Shown piece after piece: positions 28,649 to 35,706 of a stretch of DNA of 64,000 nucleotides. The first letter of the stretch is position 1, and the number at the start of each line of letters is the position of its first letter. Origin of the DNA: Gammaproteobacteria bacterium (GTDB lineage: Bacteria > Pseudomonadota > Gammaproteobacteria > Pseudomonadales > UBA5518); the NCBI GenBank assembly GCA_016705365.1, contig JADIYI010000005.1, forward strand, positions 320,280 to 384,279. The letters run 5' to 3'. Below the pieces are notes generated by a model. That model saw nothing but the letters and a program-made list of their open reading frames with translations. It was not told the origin of the DNA and made no database searches. The position numbers were made by a program, and so were the translations under genes.

Positions 28649-29557
28649 ATGTATAGCGGCAAAGATTCCAGCCCCTTCGCAGCGGAGGGTGGCAAGACAA
28701 CTCGTTATGGTGAAGATGGCTACGAGGTGCTGCTGATCGATGAGCCCTCTGCCGGCATCCGCCGACTTACCCTCAATCGGCCCGAGAAACGAAACGCACT
28801 CAATCACCAGTTGCGTGGTGAGCTGCTGCATGCCCTGCAGGCCGGCGATGTCGACCCATCGGTCAAGGTCATGATCGTGCGCGGCGCCGGCAAATGCTTC
28901 TCTGCCGGCTATGACCTCGGTGGCGGCAATGCCGGCCAGGACTACCCTTTCCCCACCGCCGGCGGCGACAGCCAATGGCCGCGTCACGTGGTGGAAGGCT
29001 GGATGAAGATCTGGGATCTCGCCAAGCCGGTGATTGCACAGGTCCACGGCTATTGCCTTGCGGGTGGCAGCGAGTTGGCCACTGGCTGCGATCTGGTCTA
29101 CGTCGCCGATAACGCGCAGATCGGGTACCCGGCCGTTCGCTTTGGTGTGCCCGATATGCAATTTCACCCATGGCTCATGGGCATGCGCAAGGCAATGGAA
29201 ATGCTCTTGACCGGAGATTCCCTGAACGGCAAGGAAGCGGTGAGTTATGGCTGGGCCACCCGCAGCTTTGCCGAAGAGGAGCTTGAATCAGGAACCGTGG
29301 AGCAAGCGGAACGTATCGCCAAAATCCCCGGCGATGTTCTCGCGCTCAACAAGCGTGCCGTTCACCGACAGATGGAAGTCATGGGTTTGCGCGATGGTTT
29401 GCGGCAAGGAACCGAAATTTGCGCGCTGGCCACTCACCAGGCGAGTTTCAAGGCGTTTATCGAAGCCACCGAGGGTGGCAGGAAGCTGACGAACGCATTG
29501 CAGGACCGGGATCAGGAATTCGGTGATTACCGGACCGACAATGCTGAAAAATCATGA
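28649..29557 (+). CDS. Enoyl-CoA hydratase/isomerase (crotonase) family protein
   Basis: 302 aa from ATG 28649 (alternative 28613). Motifs 'RLTLNRPEKRNALN', 'IVRGAGKCFSAGYDL' and 'AQVHGYCLAGGSELA'. Confidence 0.85.
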   Translation: MYSGKDSSPFAAEGGKTTRYGEDGYEVLLIDEPSAGIRRLTLNRPEKRNALNHQLRGELLHALQAGDVDPSVKVMIVRGAGKCFSAGYDLGGGNAGQDYPFPTAGGDSQWPRHVVEGWMKIWDLAKPVIAQVHGYCLAGGSELATGCDLVYVADNAQIGYPAVRFGVPDMQFHPWLMGMRKAMEMLLTGDSLNGKEAVSYGWATRSFAEEELESGTVEQAERIAKIPGDVLALNKRAVHRQMEVMGLRDGLRQGTEICALATHQASFKAFIEATEGGRKLTNALQDRDQEFGDYRTDNAEKS

Positions 29558-29583
29558 TCAGCAGACGCGACTGACAAGATTTT

Positions 29584-30048
29584 GTGAATGAATATCTGGA
29601 TTATTTCGAGGATATCGATATCGGCAAGCGCTATGTCGCCACTCAGCCGTTTCGCGTGAGCCGGGACGATATCGTCGCGTATGCGTTGATGTGGGATTGG
29701 CGCCCGCATCATGTTGACGAGCAAGCGGCGAGTGAGTCCTTGTTTCAGGGGCTCGTTGCGTGTGGCTCCCATGTGTTCGCGATCTGGACGCGCCTTTCGC
29801 TTCAAGCCCAGAGCGAGTCCCGGGCCCAGGCGGTGATGGCGGGTCTCGGTTGCGAGATGCGCATTAGGCTTCCAGTGCGGCCCGGCGACGAGATTTCCTA
29901 TTCCGGCGAGGTCGTGGCCAAACGCGAATCGAAGAGCCGCGGCGACGCAGGAATCATCGAGACGCATCATGAATTGCACAATCAGAACGGAGACCTGGTA
30001 TTTCAAGTGGATGCCGTGACCCTGGTTCGAACGCGGCCGAGCCGGTGA
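29584..30048 (+). CDS. MaoC-like (R)-hydratase hot-dog protein
   Basis: 154 aa with a GTG start. 'FRVSRDDIVAYALMWDWRPHHVDEQAA' hot-dog hydratase motif. The last 85 codons lie inside direct repeat copy 1. Confidence 0.85.
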   Translation: MNEYLDYFEDIDIGKRYVATQPFRVSRDDIVAYALMWDWRPHHVDEQAASESLFQGLVACGSHVFAIWTRLSLQAQSESRAQAVMAGLGCEMRIRLPVRPGDEISYSGEVVAKRESKSRGDAGIIETHHELHNQNGDLVFQVDAVTLVRTRPSR

Positions 30049-30073
30049 ATCGGCAGGATGTGTGAGAGGGGCG
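29793..30073. repeat. Direct repeat, copy 1 (281 bp: MaoC 3' end plus 25 bp downstream)
   Basis: A hand alignment to 32285..32565 at a constant offset of 2492 bp shows 19 substitutions, no indels and sharp loss of similarity at both ends. Confidence 0.9.
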
Positions 30074-32024
30074 CGTTGGCTTCGGGGGGGGGCGTGGCTT
30101 TATTCTTGCTTCGGAGGAGATTCACGAATGATTCCGCCAGTCGTTTCGAGCCGAGTGAATTGAAGTGGTCCCGGTCTCTGTACAAAAAACTGATACCGTC
30201 GTCGGGATAACAAAACTGTAAAACTGGTGGGCAGACTTGCGCGAAAATATCAAAAATCAGAATATTTTTATTTGCGTTCCGCAGTCTGGTTAGTTGTTTC
30301 ATCACTGCGTCAATGGCCGGAGCAATGTCTGCTCGCGCTACAGCACAATTTTTTCTCTCGTCGATGTCGCATTCGCGCACATCCGTAAAATTGAACATCG
30401 GCGGCGGGCCTGCAAGTACCAACGACACGCCTCGTTTTTCAAGTTCTTTGGCCAACCCGGAGACACGGTCACTCCATTCGGAAATGTTTCCTTGGGGTGT
30501 TGTGGGGTTTGTGCGCGCCAAATATAACCGTGCAATGAGTACAATATCGCCCGGTTTCAGATTATCCAATACCTCGTTGAACAGCATTTGTCTCGGAGCA
30601 TACTCAATGCCGTTGCTGGCGGGAAAAGAGTGACCCGGCGTCTCGACCAAGTGCACCCCGAATCCCTTCGCCTGATGCAGTTCGTAAAGAAGTCCCTGCA
30701 GATGACCAGCGTGACTATCCCCAATGGCCCAAATCATCGGCATTCCGGAGCCGGGTACGGGTGGAATAGTACATCGCTCAAACGTCTGTGGCGTCAAAGG
30801 TCGTCGATCGTCGACTGCACACGTGTTGCCATACGGCAGCCCAGAATCCAGAAGTGGAAGGAATGCTTCCGGGTGGAGTACCACCGCATCTTGCCCAACC
30901 GGGGAATCTTCGCTGTTGAGTGCGAAAAACGCAGACAGGCCCAGTACAAAACTGCAGGTAAAGGCCATGGCTATGTCCAGCGGCTTGCTCCTGCTCCAGT
31001 TCGCCGCTCGCAAAGGTCGTTCTATGAACTGGTATGAAAAAATCGCGGCAATTCCCATGGTTACCACATAGATGCCGGAAATTCGCCAACTTGCACTCAG
31101 CAATAGCGGTCCCAAAGCAACCACAGGCCAGTGCCAGAGATACAGCGAATACGAAATTTTGCCAACGTACACCGCAGGAGGCAATGAAAGCATCCGCCAG
31201 GAAATATTATGGCTGGAATTGAAAAGTAGCAGGCCAGTCAAGCCGACCGCCACAGGGGTGGAGAGCGTCGCATAGCCCTGGGGCACGAAAAAACAAAGCA
31301 CAAGCGCAACTAGTGCGCAAGGAGATGCGAGCGCCAGGATTCGATGAATTCGTGTGGAATCAAATCTGTTTGTAGCCTGATATATCAGCGCGCCAGTACC
31401 AAGTTCCCAGAAGCGTGTCGGCATAAGATAATAAGCGGCTACCTGATTGACATCGTACAACCAGAGGAAAAATAAAAATGAGAGCAGGCTCATTAGCACT
31501 ATGGAGGCCGGGTATATATTCGGGGGTCTACGTGCTTTTCCAAAAATTGTCAGCCAAACGATAATCGGAAAGACAACATAAAATTGTTCCTCAACCCCCA
31601 GTGACCACATATGAGTGAACGCATTGAACTTGGATGAAGGGGAAAAATAGTCGAGTTCAAAATTGAAAAGTGTGATATTGGCAACGCCAAAAAGCGCGGA
31701 AATTCCAGTTAGTATCGAATGTCGCGGGAAAGGATCGATCAAAAACACCACGACACCGGTAGTCGCCACACAGGCGATCAACGCAGGCATCAGTCGCTTA
31801 ACCCGTCGGGAAAGAAAATTCGAATAGAAACCGGAAAAAGTCGCTTGATTCTGTCCCAGAATAGAAGCGGAAACGACAAAGCCGGAAATTACGAAGAATA
31901 CGTCCACCCCAAGAAATCCGCTGGATAGAAGCGTCTTTGGAAGGTGGTTTGCGATTACCGCAAGGACTGCAATAGCTCTCAATCCGTCAATATCAGAGCG
32001 ATAGGTCGGCTTATTATTATTCAA
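30003..32024 (-). CDS. Acyltransferase-3 (OafA/YrhL-type) membrane O-acyltransferase with C-terminal SGNH domain
   Basis: 673-aa ORF with a TTG start. 'YRSDIDGLRAIAVLAVIANH' AT3 signature and about 10 TM segments. SGNH blocks 'IWAIGDSHAGH' and 'DRDHFN'. G+C is strikingly low, roughly low 40s percent by eye. The last about 31 codons read through into the flanking repeat. Confidence 0.9.
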   Translation of the reverse strand: MNNNKPTYRSDIDGLRAIAVLAVIANHLPKTLLSSGFLGVDVFFVISGFVVSASILGQNQATFSGFYSNFLSRRVKRLMPALIACVATTGVVVFLIDPFPRHSILTGISALFGVANITLFNFELDYFSPSSKFNAFTHMWSLGVEEQFYVVFPIIVWLTIFGKARRPPNIYPASIVLMSLLSFLFFLWLYDVNQVAAYYLMPTRFWELGTGALIYQATNRFDSTRIHRILALASPCALVALVLCFFVPQGYATLSTPVAVGLTGLLLFNSSHNISWRMLSLPPAVYVGKISYSLYLWHWPVVALGPLLLSASWRISGIYVVTMGIAAIFSYQFIERPLRAANWSRSKPLDIAMAFTCSFVLGLSAFFALNSEDSPVGQDAVVLHPEAFLPLLDSGLPYGNTCAVDDRRPLTPQTFERCTIPPVPGSGMPMIWAIGDSHAGHLQGLLYELHQAKGFGVHLVETPGHSFPASNGIEYAPRQMLFNEVLDNLKPGDIVLIARLYLARTNPTTPQGNISEWSDRVSGLAKELEKRGVSLVLAGPPPMFNFTDVRECDIDERKNCAVARADIAPAIDAVMKQLTRLRNANKNILIFDIFAQVCPPVLQFCYPDDGISFLYRDRDHFNSLGSKRLAESFVNLLRSKNKATPPPEANAPLSHILPIHRLGRVRTRVTAST
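30084..30092. repeat. G9/C9 homopolymer at the cassette junction
   Basis: Nine consecutive G on the plus strand, read as CCC CCC CCC ('TPPPE') near the 3' end of the acyltransferase ORF. It lies 11 bp beyond the end of repeat copy 1. Confidence 0.95.
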
Positions 32025-32284
32025 CTCTGCCGGTGCCCTAACTGATCGAACGATTGTTGGTATTATGGCGCGGCGGTTTGTTTTCGAACAGCAGAATTAC
32101 ATCCCGATTATGAAATGGCCTGGTAACTACTCACCCCTCCCGCTCGGGCGTACAACTCGCCGGATAGGGCCAGTTGGATCGCGAAGAGCGGGTTGACGCC
32201 TTGATAGGCCATCGATTGCAAATAGCTCGATATCCGACAACAGGCCTCGGCGTAGCGTTGCTGTCGGAAGCGGCCAGAGACCTC

Positions 32285-32540
32285 CCTTTCGCTTCAAGCC
32301 CAGAGCGAGACCCGGGTCCAGGCGGTGATGGCGGGTCTCGGTTGCGAGATGCGCGTAATGCTTCCAGTTCGGTCCGGCGACGAGATTTTCTATTCCGGCA
32401 AGGTCGTGGCCAAACGCGAATCGAAGAGCTGCGGCGACGCAGGAATCTTCGAGACGCATCATGAATTGCACAAGAAGAACGGAGACCTGGTATTTCAAGT
32501 GGATGCCGTGACCCTGGTTCGAACTCGACCGAGCCGGTGA
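32285..32540 (+). pseudogene. Orphan 3' fragment of a MaoC-like hydratase gene
   Basis: In the MaoC frame it reads 'LSLQAQSETRVQAVMAGLGCEMRVMLPVRSGDEIFYSGKVVAKRESKSCGDAGIFETHHELHKKNGDLVFQVDAVTLVRTRPSR*'. It has no 5' two-thirds of the gene. There are 11 amino-acid replacements against only 3 synonymous changes relative to 29793..30048. ORF 32325..32540 is its internal Met. Confidence 0.8.
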
Positions 32541-32565
32541 GTCGGCAGCATGTGGGAAAGGGGCG
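32285..32565. repeat. Direct repeat, copy 2 (281 bp)
   Basis: See copy 1. About 93% identical (19 of 281 positions differ). Confidence 0.9.
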
Positions 32566-32743
32566 GGCAGGAGGAGAGGGGCTCTATGCTTCCTATACTT
32601 TTACAGTCCGTGCGTCCCGCGGCGTGCGGGATACTTGCATCGACCACACCCCTGCCCGGTGGCGGCGGCATCCTCGAGCCCCACTTGCCGACCGCGCCAC
32701 CGGCAGGCATGGCCGTTGCCATGGTGCGCCCCACCTCCTGCCG

Positions 32744-34666
32744 ATGAACGACACCCTGGTGCAAACCGTCACCCTCAGCACTCATGGCCTGGCCATGCTG
32801 GCCTTCGCCGCGATCGTGTTCGCGATCTTCATCAGCGACCGTGTGCCCATCGCCACCGTCAGCATCGGCATCCTGGCCCTGCTGCCGATCGGCTTCGTGC
32901 TCTTTCCGCTGCGCACCGCCGACGGCTCCTTTGACCCGCTGACACTTTTCTCCGGCTTCGGCCATCCGGCGCTGGTAGCGATCTGTGCGCTGATGATCGT
33001 CGGCCAGGGCCTGGTCGTCACCGGAGCGCTGGAGCCGGCGGCGCGGGTGCTGGCCCGCTGGATGGCAGCGAAACCGGCGCTGGCGCTGGCCGCGCTGCTG
33101 CTCGGCGCCGCGTCGATCAGCGGCCTGGTCAACGACACGCCGGTGGTGGTGCTGCTGATCCCGCTGATCATCGCAGCCGCGGCACGCGCCAAGATGTCGC
33201 CAGCGGCGATGCTGCTGCCGATGAACTACGCGGTGCAGATCGGCGGCATGACCACGACTATCGGCACTTCGACCAACCTGATCGTCGTCGCGATCGCGGC
33301 CGAACTCGGCGTCGGCCCGTTCTCCCTGTTCAGCTACTACTCGCTGGTGGCGCTGGCAGCGCTGCCGGCGATCGGCTACCTGTGGCTGATCGCGCCGCGG
33401 CTGCTGGCAAAAGTGAAGGTACCGACCGAGCAGATGTCGAGCGAGGTCTTCGACGCCGAACTGCATGTCGAGCCCGACAGCTGGCTCGACGGTCGCGAGC
33501 TGCGTGAGGCGCTGAAGGCCACTGGCAACCGTATGCGGCCAGTCGAGATCCGCCGCGGCGCGCGCACTGTCGTGCCGCTGCCGTCGCTGAAGTTCTGCCC
33601 CGGTGACCGCATCGTGCTGCAGGACACGCCTTCGGACCTGAAGGACTTCGAGACCAGCCTGAAGGCGGCGCTGCACCGTGTCGGCGACAGGCCCGAGAAC
33701 CTGGTGCCGAAGAAGGGCGACGACGAAAACAAGGACAAGGACAAGGACAAGGACAAGGACAAGGACGAACCGAAGGATGAGCCGAATGACGAGCCGGAAC
33801 CTTCGAAGTCGGTGGTGGCGCAGATGATTATCTCGCCTACCTCGCCGCTGGTCGGCCGCTCGGTACGCCAGGAGCACATCGCGCGCCGCTACGACGTCGT
33901 CGTCGTCGGCCTGCGCCCGCGCGCCGACAGCAGCGCCTGGCAGCGCGAGAACCTGCCCGACCGTGCCATCAACGCCGGCGACATCCTGCTGCTGCAGGGC
34001 GAGCCGGCGGCGATGCAGCAGGCGCAGCGCGACCGCATCGGTCTGCTGCTCGACGAACGCTTCGCGTTGCCGCGCCAGGACAAGGCAGCGCTGGCCCTGA
34101 TCACGATGGCCGCGGTGGTGCTGCTGGCCGCGATCAAGGCGCTGCCGATCGCGCTGGCCGCGCTCGGCGGCGTCGTCGTGCTACTGCTCGGGCGCTGCTT
34201 GTCCTGGGAGGACGTGACGCACTCGCTGTCGGTCAAGGTCATCCTCCTGGTCGCCGCCAGCCTGGCGCTGGGCAACGCCCTGCTGGTCAGCGACGCCACC
34301 GCCTGGTTGGCACAGCAACTGGCGTCGGCCTCGCAGGCGCTGTCGCCGGCCTGGGTGCTGGTGCTGCTGATGGGCCTGATGGGCCTGCTGACGAACTTCG
34401 TTTCGAACAACGCCGCCGCAGCCATCGGCACGCCGCTGGGCATCGAGCTGGCGCGCCAGCTCGGCGCGCCGCCCGAGGCCTTCGTGCTGGCGGTGCTGTT
34501 CGGCTGCAACCTGTGTTACCTGACGCCGATGGGCTACCAGACCAACCTGCTGGTGATGAACGCCGGCGGCTACCGCTTTGGCGACTTCGTGCGCGTCGGC
34601 ACGCCGCTGTTCCTGATCATGTGGGTGGGTCTGTCGTACGGCCTGATACTGAGCTACGGTATGTAG
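32744..34666 (+). CDS. SLC13/DASS-type anion permease with two central TrkA-C domains
   Basis: 640 aa from ATG 32744. N- and C-terminal polytopic halves ('GLVNDTPVVVLLIPL', 'NFVSNNAAAAIGTPL'). Two TrkA-C-like modules ('LDGRELRE...PGDRIVLQ' and 'LVGRSVRQ...AGDILLLQG'). Third codon positions are C-rich, unlike the neighbours. Confidence 0.9.
   Translation: MNDTLVQTVTLSTHGLAMLAFAAIVFAIFISDRVPIATVSIGILALLPIGFVLFPLRTADGSFDPLTLFSGFGHPALVAICALMIVGQGLVVTGALEPAARVLARWMAAKPALALAALLLGAASISGLVNDTPVVVLLIPLIIAAAARAKMSPAAMLLPMNYAVQIGGMTTTIGTSTNLIVVAIAAELGVGPFSLFSYYSLVALAALPAIGYLWLIAPRLLAKVKVPTEQMSSEVFDAELHVEPDSWLDGRELREALKATGNRMRPVEIRRGARTVVPLPSLKFCPGDRIVLQDTPSDLKDFETSLKAALHRVGDRPENLVPKKGDDENKDKDKDKDKDKDEPKDEPNDEPEPSKSVVAQMIISPTSPLVGRSVRQEHIARRYDVVVVGLRPRADSSAWQRENLPDRAINAGDILLLQGEPAAMQQAQRDRIGLLLDERFALPRQDKAALALITMAAVVLLAAIKALPIALAALGGVVVLLLGRCLSWEDVTHSLSVKVILLVAASLALGNALLVSDATAWLAQQLASASQALSPAWVLVLLMGLMGLLTNFVSNNAAAAIGTPLGIELARQLGAPPEAFVLAVLFGCNLCYLTPMGYQTNLLVMNAGGYRFGDFVRVGTPLFLIMWVGLSYGLILSYGM
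33731..33766. repeat. (AAGGAC)6 hexanucleotide microsatellite
   Basis: Six perfect tandem AAGGAC units encoding (KD)6 inside the linker 'KKGDDENKDKDKDKDKDKDEPKDEPNDEPEPSK' of the SLC13 permease. Confidence 0.95.
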
Positions 34667-34669
34667 GCA

Positions 34670-35000
34670 TGTCGGCTCCGGCCTGGTCCTTGGCGTGGAC
34701 CAGCTCGTGGGTGCGCTACTGGATGCGCTGCTACTTCCCCTCCGATTCCTGCACGTCATGAACGATGGCAAGGTTGTCATGGGACAAGGCCGGGAGTATT
34801 TTGGCCCGGGGGAGAAATTCGTCCGAGGATTGCGGGGTTTGGGAAGGATCGGGACGAAAGATTTTCAGGCAAATCTTATTTTGGCTGTGATTTTCATTGG
34901 CTGAAAAGGTGCGGACGGAGGACGAGGACTCCTGCTGACCCTCGATGACATGGCGGCCGGCAATCACGTCACCGGTGGAAAATCCGCAACGGGAATTCAT
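34670..35000 (-). pseudogene. N-terminal remnant of a Ser/Thr protein kinase gene
   Basis: ORF 34731..35000 reads 'FSTGDVIAGRHVIEGQQ...ICLKIFRPD...DEFLPRAKILPALSHDNLAIVHDVQESEGK'. This fits Hanks-kinase subdomains I-IV (VAIK-like 'CLKI', 'L.HPNIV'-like 'LSHDNLAIV'). It is then broken by stops and abuts the SLC13 stop. Confidence 0.5.
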
Positions 35001-35120
35001 GCGCGGCTCCTCGCTCGGAAAAGCAGAGGGTCACAAGGACGGCGTCGGTCTCCCGGACCAAACCGGAACGGCGGGATTTCTACCTTGGTTTGGCACGGAT
35101 TGTTTGGGAGACGATGCCCG

Positions 35121-35490
35121 ATGGCGCATGAATTGAGCAAATCCATCATGAAGTCCCTGCTCCAGGCCAGACAGGCTTTGGACGACTTCCTCGCCCAACC
35201 CGCCCATGTCGGGGATATTCAGAAGATGGCCGGTCTTTTGGCCGACTGCTTCCACCAGCGGGAATTCACCCAATGTCATCCGTGCCTCCGAAACTGCCCG
35301 CAAGGCGGAGCTGAAGGTTTTGCTGTTACTGGGCAAGGGCGGCGGGGCTTTGCAGGGTTTTTGGGGCGATGAACTCTGGGTTGGCACCACAGCCACGCAA
35401 CGGGTTCAGGATGTCCACATGACCGTCCTCCACATCCTGGTTGAATCGGTGGAACGGCTGCTTTTTCCCGAAAATTACGGCGAAGAGTAA
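35121..35490 (+). pseudogene. gmhA: Phosphoheptose isomerase (GmhA/DiaA SIS-domain) gene with internal deletion and frameshift
   Basis: The N-terminal piece (frame 0) 'IMKSLLQARQALDDFLAQPAHVGDIQKMAGLLADCFHQ' resembles E. coli GmhA '[39 protein letters not shown]'. At about 35260 it jumps to frame 1 with 'GNSPNVIRASETARKAELKVLLLLGKGGGALQG...RVQDVHMTVLHILVESVE', resembling '[33 protein letters not shown]...RIQEIHIKVIHILIQLIE'. The central SIS core is missing. Confidence 0.65.
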
Positions 35491-35706
35491 AGATCCGGAC
35501 CGGTCAGGGAAGATTCAACGCGATTTCATTTTCGCCAGGGCCCTTTCCGGCAAAATTGTGCATTCGCGAAGCGCACACGCGAAGGTGGTGTGCCCGCTGA
35601 AGATGCAGTACCGCAACGGGACGACACGCATGAACGGACACTGCTGCGCGAGGCAATGGGTGATATGGCCGGACGACGTATCAGTTACTGAACAGGAAAT
35701 CCTCTG

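Noticed and set aside
30015-30045. tRNA-like 'GGTTCGAAC' string that might mark a tRNA or an att site inside the repeat.
   Set aside because: The flanking bases do not form a T-arm or acceptor stem. The string is simply codons 'LVRTR' of the MaoC gene. I recognised no tRNA anywhere in the window.
29793-32565. The 281-bp imperfect repeat pair could be a diversity-generating retroelement (template and variable repeat at the 3' end of a target gene).
   Set aside because: The mismatches are not restricted to one base. In copy 2 the differing bases are a mix of a, t, g and c, and the same is true on the other strand. No reverse transcriptase gene is present in the window. The pattern fits decay of a duplicated gene end instead.
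33731-33766. Short tandem repeats as a possible CRISPR array or other repeat-spacer structure.
   Set aside because: These are six contiguous 6-bp units with no spacers, lying inside a coding region. No CRISPR-like repeat-spacer periodicity was seen elsewhere in the window.
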